DNA from: Anthoceros angustus
Lineage: Eukaryota; Plantae; Anthocerotophyta
Assembly: GCA_010909165.1 (NCBI GenBank)
Contig: MU008223.1
Coordinates: 62,001 to 126,000, forward strand
Length of the DNA stretch: 64,000 bases
Direction: 5' to 3'
Shown here: positions 52,140 to 64,000 of the stretch, piece after piece
Layout: each line of letters begins with the position of its first letter
Position numbering within the stretch: position 1 is the first letter of the stretch
Position numbers and translations under genes: made by a program
The notes under the pieces: model-generated
What the model was told of the DNA's origin: nothing
The model's database searches: none
Seen by the model: only the letters and a program-made list of their open reading frames with translations

Positions 52140-52975
52140 TCACATCCGTGGAGTCAGATTATGGATATTTCCAAAGAATTAAGAGTAAAACATTGTCTCT
52201 TGTGCTAGATATCCTAAAGCCATGCTTCCTTCGGTCGAGCTTTTGTCGCATAAGGTTCTTTAGCACTTTCATATGTCGCTTCAAGAAAATACATCCAACG
52301 ATAGCAAGTGGGCCCACATAATTCAACCTCCGCACTGCATGAATGAATAGATGGACCTCGCCTTGTCGAAATGTTGTAGGAAACTCTCTCTCAAAATGCA
52401 CATCACCTCTGCAATTTGACCTTCATAGGAATCTCATCCTTCACAATTTCTTTTGCGGTAAGCCAACGCATTAGTTCTCATGAGATCACATATAGCCTTA
52501 TGCACTTGTGGATGTATCAACCTCTCAAGGCAATTGGCCATATGTCACAACAAATGATGATGATCATGGGACTTGACAAATTGTCTCTCGTGTCCCTTTC
52601 TTAAAACAACGCTTTCAAGTTGGACCCATACCCAATGGGCATACGGATGCTGCAACTCATCAACTGCATCATCTTGTCCTCTCTTCCTTTTCCTTGATTG
52701 CCTAGGCCTAGGCCCATACTTGGCTTGGGGCTTGGCATTACATGCCTGTGGCTCGGCCCTAGCCCTACCCTTGGGCTTGGGCAGTTAGCTCTCCTTGGGC
52801 CACCATTCGCTTGGTATTTGATAGTTCGAGATCTCTATGACTGAAGGGTTTCAAACTCCCACAAATGTGCCTCATAATTCGCTCACTAAAGTTCTTTCCA
52901 ATGTGCATGATATCAAACATGATGAGAATCATAGCCCAGGTAGCAAAACATAGTGCGTATAGTAGAAAGCTTTGC
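52140..52975 (-). pseudogene. CACTA/En-Spm transposase fragment (DUF4218-type region)
   Basis: MFDIMHIGKNFSE, RMPIGYGSNL, REFPTTF..VHLFIHAV...GP...FLKRHMKVLK..RQ followed by a PKEA/EGSM-like motif. Confidence 0.8.
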
Positions 52976-53203
52976 ACAAAGAGTTGTATGCATTGATTAT
53001 AATAGAAAGTACAAAGCCTTTATATAGGCTAGGTGGTTATAACCATAAGGTGGTTGTAACCATAAGTAGTTCTAACCTCTAAGTGGTTGTAACAACTAAC
53101 TACTCATAAACTACCTAAAGCCCTAAGAACTAAATTAATTAATAGTCTTAGGTGCCCTAGTGAAGAGTGCCCTAAATAGGTCATATTTCATCACTCCCAC
53201 TCA
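52976..53203 (-). repeat. Partial 3' LTR with PPT of another LTR element
   Basis: The minus strand reads tgagtgggag|TGATGAAAT..., with cctatataaagg and repeated ggttgtaacc boxes. Confidence 0.55.
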
Positions 53204-55799
53204 CTATGAACTAGGTGTGAAGAATAGCTTCAAAATGAGACTAAAAAAGGCTAGTTAGCTCCCACTAACTTGAAAGCTATCCTAACTAAGAAAACAATTA
53301 AAACTGGCTTAAGTTACATTTAAGCAGAATTTAATGTAATCAAAATTAATTACCAAAAACTTAATTAGGAGAATGGTAAATTCCTAAACAAGGTAAAAGA
53401 TAAAAGTAAAACTTAAACTAGGTTAATCTTAGTAAAACCATAGGTAAAAGTTAAAAAAACTTGAAAGAGGTAAAAGTGAAACCCATTAATGGGCCCGCCA
53501 TATGATGCCGTCCAGATGCCCATGGGGTCATGCTAATGTACCCTCCCCATACGGTTTTTATCCGCCTCGCCCCGCCCCGCCCGCGCCTCCTCCCCAAAGA
53601 AAGCTCCTGGCTATGGCTCCATGATCCGGTGCAGGCGCGTCCGTGAGGGACGCGGCCCATCGGCGGTGGGCGCGCCCGCGCGCCACACATGTACCAGATC
53701 ACCCCGTGCGCAGCACGGCGTCGCAGAAGGATGAACGCTGCCACGGAAGAAGAAATTGGGAGGAGGCGCCTGGGGAGGGATCGCGCCCGAGCGAACGCCC
53801 TCCCGGGCGGCTCGTGATCCTCCACGCTGGATTCCAACCTTTGTTGAGAGCCCACCACGATTTCCGGTGGTAGGAAGTGGTCCGCACTCGTGTTGATGTT
53901 GAAGTCACCTTGGAGAGGTGGTCGTCCTGCGGTCTGGAGGTCCAATTGATGTGTGAGTGCTGCGATGCGGGAGTACTCACTCAAGCCGGGAAATTGGAGA
54001 AAGATGCGCCCCCATGTCTTGTCTCAATTTGTTGAAAGTGCCCGCGCCAATCCCAAGCCTAACACTGCTCCAATCGCAGATGTCGTCACCAGTGTGCGAT
54101 GAGAGATCGAGGAAGATTAAAGGTTCTTGTGGAGAAGAAATCGCTGAAATGATTGTTCTCTCTCGATTCAAGCCTTGGAAGAGTCTTCATGGAAGGGCTT
54201 CGCTCGCCGATGGAGACGAGGCTGAAATCTCAAGTAAGGCGATGTGTAGCAAGGCATTCCCCTCGTGAAGGGAGGCACCTTGAGCAGATGAAGATGCCTT
54301 TTTGTAAGGAGAGACACCAAGTTGTAAGCCCGCTTTGTGGGCATCTTCAAATGACCATTTTCCACCCAAAATATCAATTGTGATGAATTTTCTGATACTA
54401 TTTTCGCAGATTTATGTATGGAAAATTATGGGAAAAAGGAAAATGAAGTTGAAAATGAAGAAAATGAGAAAATGAAAAGGTAGACATGCCTTTTGTGATT
54501 CTAAAAGGTGTTCTAACTTATTTTTCTTGCTAAAAAACTTGCCCATTTTTAGATTTCTTTTCCGCCAAGGAAGACATAGGAAACATAGGGTTCTCGAAGC
54601 CCGCATATATCCCAAGGGTGATGATATGAAGCTCATCTATATAATCACTAATATGAAAGGGAGAGCGGCACGCTCACCATGCTCCTATGTTTGCCAGGAA
54701 ACTAAGATACACATGATACGGGTTATGTATGCTGTCTGTGAAGAATTTCCCGGACATATGATCCATGTCTATCGTAAGTATTCCTGAGGCTAAGAAAATA
54801 TGGAAAAGTTTTAATTAGCAAAATATTATTTAATATTTTAATATTATTTTCCAGAGAGCTCCTCAACTATGTATGAAGAAGAGGACGTAGGATACGAGGC
54901 CTATGTTGAGATTGAGGATGATTGTTCGAAGACTTAGAATAGAATATTGGACTAGTTTTTTAAGGTTATCTCAAGTAGACCAATTTAGCTACCCTACTGC
55001 AGGTCACCTTTTCCAATATTTTATTATTTCCTACCGCCAGCATTTAATGCTTGGCATCTAAGTCTGCCGCGGGATCCTTGGTAAATTCTATTCTAGTAAC
55101 TTCACCTAAGATCATCCTTAAAGGATGTCAGTCTACACCAACTATCCTTCCCATTCCCCAAAGCTCATTTATGGTCATTGACCATTCACAATCCTTATCT
55201 TGCTGGGGTGGCGACGTGTTCCTTGTAGGTTGGCTCTCGCCTCCTTTGCTCTGTCCTTCCCCGGATCCTCGTCTTCACGATGTGGGGCACACCGCCTTCC
55301 TCCATCTCCAGCGCCCGATTCCCTTTCCTCCAGCAATCGCACCTCCCACTCCGCGAACGCAGGCGCCCTTTCCTTCAGCCTCCGCCGCCTAGTCGCGCTC
55401 CTTCCCTCGGCACACTACCGCGGTAGTCTAGCAGACTACCGGGGTAGTCTGACTACCTACCACGGTAGTCTAACCCCTATTTCTCCTCTCCTTCCCATCG
55501 GTGATGGTGCCACTAACCCTTCCGGGCTCTTCAGCACTAGACCTCCCCGCCTGCTTCCTTATCCGGGGTGAGGAATTTCTTACCTCCCCTTCCTCAATGG
55601 GTGGGACCCGTCCTTAGTCTCCTCCGGTTGTCTCTCCACCACCTCAGCTCCTCCAGGGGTATACCACGGATCCCCGCTCCTTCATCCTCAGCCAGGGCCT
55701 CCGGCCCGACTCTAGCAGCTCGCTACGGCACTGCTTCTCCCAGTAGTCTGCGAGACTCAGGCGAGTGTGGTCTACCACGGTGAGTCCAGACTACCGTGG

Positions 55800-57400
55800 T
55801 AGGCTGGTCACCACCGTGGTCGGTCGACCCCGTGGAGGCGGGTGTCCCCTCCTTGCTCCGCGCCATCTTCCACTCTTGGCGCAGCCTCTCCTCCTTCCTC
55901 TCGATTCTTGGACTCCTGAGCCCATGTCACCGCGGCCTCATCAAAGTCTGAGGCCTCTTGCACCCGTTGCAACTCCTTCCCATCATCATCATGAGGACCT
56001 ATTGTCCCCTCTTGGCCAACCACAACACCTCGTTGTTGGCCTTCATATCTGTTGTGAAGATGGGCCCAAACCGTGATCACGCATTTGGAGCTCTCCAATT
56101 CCATGGGCCATTCTCCATCTTCACACCTACCTTGTAGGCATCCCTTGAGGTGGTCAATTCTCCCACCTTCGGAGGTCACATTCTCCTCCCTTGCTTCCTG
56201 CTGGCTGGCTAAAGGCAGTCCCAAAATCTTCACTTCCTCACCACTGGCATCCTGTGCACCACTTTCTTGTGGTGCTCCTCCTCTTGGGACCTCCTTCGCC
56301 TGGTCCGCAATCACAAGCCCTCCTTCCGCCAGCTGCAGCATTCTTCTCGGCCCAACTCCACCGCACTGCTGGTCTTTTCTTGCTCTGCTTCTCCTCCAAG
56401 TTATACCGGGTCCTCCGCAATTCTTCCTCCATATCCCGGATTTTGATGGCTTGGGTAGCTATCACTTGCTCCTGCGCGTCCATTTGGTGGACCGCCACCT
56501 TCTCCCTCCCTAGAGCCTCCGTTTTGCCCTTCCGTTCTTGCTCTAATTGGGCAAAATGCTCCTCCGCCTTCTGCCTCCAAGAAGAGTCCCTTTGGGTTGT
56601 CGCCCGAATGGCTCTCTCCTCTGTTTGTGACAACCTTCCCTCCAGGACCTTCTCCGCGCGCCGTTGATCCACAAGGTCGCGCTGAAGCTTCTCTACAGCC
56701 TTCTCCAACTTGGCTGCCTTCTCACGGACTCCATGGCCTCCCATTTGGTCCTGCTCTCCTCGGTCACCTCCTCACAGGCCTTGACTTCCTCCCGACATGC
56801 CCACAAGGAGGCCGCTAGTTCCCTAGCCCCTTCAAGTCTGCAACAGTGCTTCACAAGCACTCAAGAACCCCAAACCCACCGCCCTCTTGCCGGAAATCTC
56901 CAACTCTTCTCTGCATCAGCATGGCGGCGGGTCCCCTCATCGCCCATCCGCTCTCCCACCTAATGCGGGTGATGGCGGCCGGGCGCCGCGCCAGCGCTGC
57001 TTCTCCTTGCCCTTCCCCACGTGAGCTGCCCTGCCACGGTGGGTGCCGACTCATCATGTAGTGCCCCACTACTGCAGGTGATCGCCTACCACGGTAGTCC
57101 GCCTTCCCATCTAGGTGCCTCCCACGGGTGGGGTGCCTCCCCTGGCACTCAACAATGGTGGGACTCCCCACCCTTGGGCGTAGTTCTTCTCTCATAAACT
57201 ACCACTTGGCCCTCCTTGGCCAAATCTTGCTCTTCTCCTCCTTCTGTCATTGTGGGAGGGCCTCCCACCTCGCAATCTTATTGCCGCCAATTCCTCGATC
57301 CCGGTCTGGTGTGCTTGTGGAGTTTGTCCTCCCATGGTCCTCCTCAATGCAAAGGTAGGGGCCTCTAAGCGCTGGAGGTGAATGACTTCAAAAGGATGCC
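55800..57400 (-). pseudogene. Degenerate coiled-coil-like ORF (mirrored at ~62200-63900 on +)
   Basis: EKAAKLEKAVEKLQRDLVDQRRAEKVLEGRLSQTEER... Frameshifted, with no catalytic motif. Confidence 0.4.
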
Positions 57401-59297
57401 ACGCATCCTCAAGCTCCTGCTGGTCGAGTCCCTCTCCCATAAATGCACCAAATAGGTCTGAGGTAGCATGGTCTTGGGCCCTCTTCATCCACGAATTGAC
57501 CAAGGAGCTTCTCCCTGTGATGGATGTAGGCCCCATACATGATGGTGCACAGCCAGCGCAATGGCCGCAGTCGCATGCAGCTTTACCCTGCAGATTCGTC
57601 AGCAGCAACAGTCGTCCTTGGCCTTTGGGAAGGAATGTAAAGTTCCGGCCTTGGCCAAGGAACAAGCGAAGAGGGCACAAATAGCCTCCCGCTGAGCAGT
57701 GAGATCAAGTTGGTTGCACAGGCTCCCACTTGATAGTGCGGTTCCCAAAGTCACAAGAGAGAAATGAGACAAGTGAGGGAGTATGGCTGCCTTTCCATTC
57801 GGACAAACATCTACAATCCAAGAATCCATGGTGCCCACATATAGGCAAAACCCCGTGAGTTCTCGAAGTGCCTCCTCGTTCCGATGGTAGGCACTTTAGG
57901 TATATTTATAATCCTACTTTCCTTGGAACAAATAATAATGTTTATGTTTATGTGTTCAACCATCTATTCGCCTTTTCCTTGATTTACGATTTTATGTATT
58001 TTTCAATATAGGTCCACGCCTATATATGCGCTGCCACCGCGCCTTACATACATAACCATGTATATAGATTGCATGCATCATGACACATCGTCAATCATGT
58101 CCACATACATCACATGTCATCCATCCACATGCATACATACCATGCTATGCATGGCGTATATGCATGCCATCTGCATCTCAAATCAAGTGGCTTATGCCAA
58201 ATGGGATGCCAATAATCATCGTCGTTGTTTCCCGGTCTTGTTTCAGTTCAGCCTACAAAGAATAAAGATGATTGTCATGAATGGTGCATTTTGCAGTCTG
58301 GCCGTTGGGCTCCGACCCGCAGATTCCCTTCGTCTCAACAAGAAAATCGCCCCTGGCCTTTGGAAGGATCGTAAAGTTCTGGCCTTGGCCAAGGAACAAG
58401 GCAGGAGGAAAAAATAGCCTCGGAGGAATGCCTCAAGGACTGGAGATGATCCGGTTGTTGGAGCATCACTTTCAAAATGATCAACAAGTGGGAGTGAAGA
58501 GGTATACCCAAACACACCTCTCGTCGAGTCACCTCCTCCCAGCCTTCTCTCCCGATCACCTCCTCTCAAGACAAAGCATTGATTTTAACGACCGTGTTTT
58601 TACAACACGGTCCGCTGCAAAGCCCAATTGTACGTTGTAAATGTTTGAGACGACAGGATCGTGCCTCTCTTTTTTTACAACATACGACAACCTAATCTAA
58701 TTTACAACGATCCATTGCAAGCCAGACATTGTAAAGCGTTTAAGAGAGGCCAAGATAGGCCTCCCACGAATTACAACAGTTTACAACATGTACCGGTAAA
58801 AGCGACTTGTATGTTGTAAAATGTATGACAAGGCCGGGATCAGCCTCTCGCACGCTTTACACCAAATTCACAACGAGTCTCATATACGGTCCATTGCAAA
58901 GCGATCTTGCACATTATACACTACTCGGTCGGGCTTCCAGCCATTGACAAATTCTACATTGTAAGCGTAGTGCCATTGACAAATTCATGAGCCACCCGGC
59001 GGCAACAGAGAGAGACACAAGCCAGCCTCAAGTCGCCACTTCCTTTCGTGCTCTCACATAAATCATAGCAAGAGTTAGGAACGTAGCGGAGCCGCAAAGA
59101 GACTCCACAACACCCCTCAAGTAAGAGAGATGCACCACCTTCAAGCAAGAGACATGCACCACCTTCGAGAGACATGCTATCCTCCTCATGTGTCATTTAG
59201 TCACAAACAACTTCCACCAAAATTGGACCGTGAACTTTAACGTGATTTCTTGATGCGAAGCCATATGAACTAGGATCCATGAATACACTAAGAGTAC

Positions 59298-59298
59298 C

Positions 59299-59368
<70 letters not shown>

Positions 59369-59469
59369 CTATCTGTCTATCTATCTATCTGTCATCTATC
59401 TATCTATCTGTCTATCTATCCATCATTCCTATCTATCATCTATCTATCTATCATGTCTATCTATCTATC

Positions 59470-59561
<92 letters not shown>

Positions 59562-59813
59562 CTATCTATCTATCTATCTATCTATCTATCCATTCATCTA
59601 TCTATCTGTCATCTATCTATCATCTATCTATCTATCTATCATCTATCTATCTATCTATCTATTCATCTATCTATCTATTCATAGAATGAATAGATAGATA
59701 GATAGATAGATAGATGAATAGATAGATAGATAGATGAATAGATAGATAGATAGATAGATAGATAGATGAATAGATGAATGAATATAGATAGATAGATAGA
59801 TAGATAGATAGAT

Positions 59814-59864
<51 letters not shown>

Positions 59865-60114
59865 GAATAGATAGATAGATAGATAGATAGATGAATGAAT
59901 AGATGAATGGTAGATAGATAGATGAATGAATAGATAGATAGATAGATAGAATGATAGATAGATAGATAGATAGATGAATAGATAGAATAGATAGATAGAT
60001 GAATGAATAGATAGATAGATAGATAGATAGATAGATGATAGATGAATGAATAGATAGATAGATAGATAGATGAATGAATGATAGATAGATAGATAGAATG
60101 AAGATAGATGAATG

Positions 60115-60181
<67 letters not shown>

Positions 60182-60196
60182 ATGAATGATGAATGA

Positions 60197-60258
<62 letters not shown>

Positions 60259-60260
60259 GA

Positions 60261-60294
<34 letters not shown>

Positions 60295-60301
60295 GAATAG
60301 A
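59298..60301. repeat. (TATC)n switching to (GATA)n at 59684
   Basis: Directly visible. Left array ~385 bp; right array ~615 bp with many GAAT variants. Confidence 0.99.
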
Positions 60302-63300
60302 GGTACTCCTTAGTGTATTCATGGATCCTAGTTACATATGGCTTCACGCATCAAGAAATCACGTTACGAGTTCGATTGTCAATTTTGGTGGAAGTTGTTT
60401 GTGACTAAATGACACATGAGGAGGGCCCAGATGTCTCTGCACAGAAGGTGGTGCATGTCTCTTGCTTGAAGGTGGTGCATCTCTACTTGAGGTGTTGTGG
60501 AGTCTTGGTTGCGGCTCACTTCTGCGTTCCTAACTCTTGCTATGATTTATGTGAGGCACGAAGGAGTGCACTTGGGAGCGTGCTTGTGTCTCTCTCTGTT
60601 GCCGCGGTGGCTCACACCTTGGGGCACATGGCACTAAACACAATGTGAATTTGTCAATGGCAGGCCGGCCCATACGTATACAATGTGCAAGATCGCTTTG
60701 CAATGGACCTTGTATATGAGACTCGTTGTGAATTTGGTGTAAAACGTGCGGAGGCTGATCCGGCCTTGCATATTTTACAACATACAAGTGCGCTTTGTGA
60801 AACGTGTTGTAAACTACATTGTAAATTCGGGAGGCCTATCTTGGCCTCTCTTAAACGTTTACAATGTCTGAGTGGTTTGCAATGGATCGTGTTGTAAATT
60901 AGATTAGGGTTATGCGTATGTTGTAAAACATGAGAGGCACGATCTGGCGTCTCAAACATTTTACAGTGTACAATTGGGCTTCCAGCGGACCGTGTTGTAA
61001 AACACGGTCCGTTATAAAACAATGTCTTTATCTTGAAGGCTGGGAGGTGACAATGGAGAGAAGGCGGGAGGAGGTGGTGATCGGACGGAGGTGTGTTTGG
61101 GTATACCTCTTCACTCCCACTTGTTGATCATTTTGGAAAGTGATGCTCCAACAGGATCATCTCCAGGTCCTTGAGGCATTCCTCCGGCGAGGCTATTTTT
61201 GCCTCCCTCTGGCCTTGTTCCTTGGCCAAGGCCAGAACTTTACCCTTCCGGCCAAGGCCAAGATTTATTTTGTTGCCGCAGACGAAGGAATGCAGGTCGG
61301 AATCGCCAGCATGCGTGCGGCTATTGCGCTGACACACGTCGCTAGCCGTGAATGGATGAGCAAGACCGATGAAACAACGACCGGGATTGGCATATCCCAT
61401 TTGGCATAAGCCACTTGATTTGGATGCAGAAGTGCATGTGATGGCATGTGCATCGCCCATAGATGGCATGCACATGGTATGTATGCATGACGGATGGATG
61501 ACATGTGATGTATGTGGACATGATTGACGGACGATGTGTCATGATGCATGCAATCTATATACATGGTTATGTATGTAAGGCGCGGTGGCATGACGCATAT
61601 ATAGGCAGCGGACCTATATTGAAAAATACATAAAATCAGAAATCAAGGAAAATAATAGATGGTTGAACACATAAACATTATTATTTGTTCAAGGCCACAA
61701 AGTAGGATTATAATATACCTAAAGTGCCTACCATCGAACGAGGAGGCACTTCATCGAGAACTCCGGGGTTTGCCTATATATGTGGGCGCCATGGATTCTT
61801 GGATTGTAGATGTTTGTCCGAATGGAAAGGCAGCCATACTGGCACACTGTTGTCTCATTTCTCTCTTGTGACTTTTGGGAACCGTGACTATCAAGTGGGA
61901 GCCTCGTGCAACCAACTTGATCTCACTGCTCGGAGGCTATTTGTGCCTCTTCGCTTGTTGGCCAAGGCTGAACTTTACATTCCTTCCGCCAAGGCCAAGG
62001 ACGAATTTGTTGCCGCATTTAAGGAATGCAGGTCGAAGCCAAAGATGCGCCTATGCGGCCATTGCGCTGTGCACCATCATGTATGAGGCCTACATCCATC
62101 ACAGGGAGAAGCTCCTTAGGCCGAATTCCGTGGATGAAGAGGGCCCAAGACCATGCTACCTCAGCACCTATTTGGTGCATTTATGGGAGACGGAGGGACT
62201 CCTGACCAGCAAGGAGCTTGAGGATGCGTGGCATCCTTTTGAAGTCATTCACCTCCAGCCAAGCTTAGAGAGGCCCCTACCCTTTGCATTGAGGAGGACC
62301 ATGGGAGGACAAACTTCCACAAGCACACCAGGACCCAGGATCGAGGAATTGGCGGCAATAAGATTGCCGGAGTGGGAGGCCCTCCCCCCACAACAGCAAG
62401 AAGGAGGAGAAGAGCAAGATTTGGCCAAGGAGGGCCAAGTGGTAGTTTATGAGAGAAGAACTACGCCCAAGGGTGGGGAGTCCCACCATTGTTGAGTGCC
62501 AGGGGAGGCACCCCACCCGTGGGAGGCACCTAGATGGGAAGGCGGACTACCGTGGTAGGCGATCACCTGCAGTAGTGGGGCACTACATGATGAGTCGGCA
62601 CCCACCGTGGCAGGGCAGCTCACGTGGGGAAGGGCAAGGAGAAGCAGCGCTGGCGCGGCGCCCGGCCGCCATCACCCGCATTAGGTGGGGAGAGCGGATG
62701 GGGCGATGAGGGGACCCGCCGCCATGCTGATGCAGAGAAGAGTTGGAGATTTCCGGCAAGAGGGCGGTGGGTTTGGGGTTCTTGAGTGCTTGTGAAGCAC
62801 TGTTGCAGACTTGAAGGGGCTAGGGAACTAGCGGCCTCCTTGTGGGCATGTCGGGAGGAAGTCAAGGCCTGTGAGGAGGTGACCGAGGAGAGCAGGACCA
62901 AATGGCGCTTGGAGGCCATGGAGTCCGTGAGAAGGCAGCCAAGTTGGAGAAGGTCAGAAGCTTCAGCGCGACCTTGTGGATCAACGTGGAGAAGGTCTGG
63001 AGGGAAGGTTGTCACAAGCAGGAGAGAGCCATTCGGGCGACAACCCAAAGGGACTCTTCTTGAGGCAGAAGGCGGAGCATTTGCCCAATTAGAACAAGGC
63101 GGAAGGCAAAACGCGGAGGCTCTAGGGAGGAGAAGGTGGGTCCACCAAATGGACGCCGAGGCAAGTGTAGCTACCCAAGCCATCAAAATCCGGATATGGA
63201 GGAAGAATTGCGGAGGACCCGGATAACTTGGAGGAGAAGCAGAGCAAGAAAAGACCAGCAGTGCGGTGGAGTTGGGCCGAGAAGAATGCTGCAGCTGGCG

Positions 63301-64000
63301 GAAGGAGGGCTTGTGATTGCGGACCAGGCGAAGGAGGTCCCAAGAGGAGGAGCACCACAAGAAAGTGGTGCACAGGATGCTGGTGGTGAGGAAGTGAAGA
63401 TTTTAAGGCATATGCCCTTCAAAAATTAGCGCCCACCATGGGAAGCAAGGGAGGAGAATGTGACCCTCCATGTGAAGGTGGGAGAATTGACCACCTCAAG
63501 GGATGCCTACAAGGGTAGGTGTGAAGATGGAGAATGGCCCATGGAATTGGACGATCTCCAAATGCAGTATCACAGTTTGGGCGCCCATCTTCACAACAGG
63601 ATATTGAAGGCCAACAACGAGGTGTTGTGGTTGGCCAAGAGGAGGACAATAGGTCCTCATGATGATGACAGGAAGGAGTTGCAACAGGTGCAACCGGAGG
63701 CCTCAGACTTTGATGAGGCCGCGAGTGACATGGACTCCGAGGAGTCTGAAGAATCAGAGGAAGGAGGAGAGGCCGCGGCGCCAAGAGTGGAAGATGGCGC
63801 GGAGAGCAAGGAGGGGGGACAGCCCGCCTCCCGGGGTCGACCACCACGGGAGATCAGCTCACCAGTCTCGACTACTGGTAGACCACACCACGCCAGAGTC
63901 CGCCAGACGTAGGGGGTGCAAGCGGGCGTGAGCCTGTTGGGGAGTCGGGCGAGGCCCGGGCCGAGGATGAAGGAGCCGGGGTCCGGTAGTATACCCCCTG

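Larger units (their letters stand above)
55653..64000. repeat. Giant inverted repeat (left arm 55653-59682, right arm 59686-64000, running off the window)
   Basis: The last 40 nt are the reverse complement of ~55653-55690. Mirrored ORFs occur throughout. The centre reads ctattcat-aga-atgaatag. Confidence 0.97.

Noticed and set aside
53451-53984. GDFNIN motif suggesting a LINE APE endonuclease
   Set aside because: Single short motif; I could not find the other APE motifs or a LINE RT nearby.

Overview
Eukaryotic, repeat-dense DNA with no recognisable host gene, tRNA or rRNA. It is probably from a non-seed plant or streptophyte alga; this is inferred from the element types. The window is a nest of mostly degenerate transposons. 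(1) At least three Ty1/copia families, including one structurally complete 4.9-kb element (8150-13037, twin LTRs, CTAGG target-site duplication) inserted into another copia. (2) Two Ty3/gypsy-type remnants. (3) A Penelope-like retroelement (PLE) sitting inside a (GATA)n microsatellite, next to tandem 3.3-kb non-coding units that are also delimited by GATA. (4) CACTA and pogo/CENP-B-like fragments. (5) Four copies of a one-ended LTR-like family. (6) A palindrome of more than 8 kb centred on a TATC/GATA array at 59684, which may be an assembly fold-back. The most notable signal, missed by the ORF track because of stops and frameshifts, is a C5 cytosine DNA methyltransferase domain (ELFGGI / DLVIAG*ECQG / LENV) directly behind a gypsy aspartic protease at 27.2-27.7 kb. 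Many frameshifts coincide with lost CAG/CTG triplets, so some 'pseudogenes' may be sequencing errors. All assignments come from motifs read by eye; no database searches were run.
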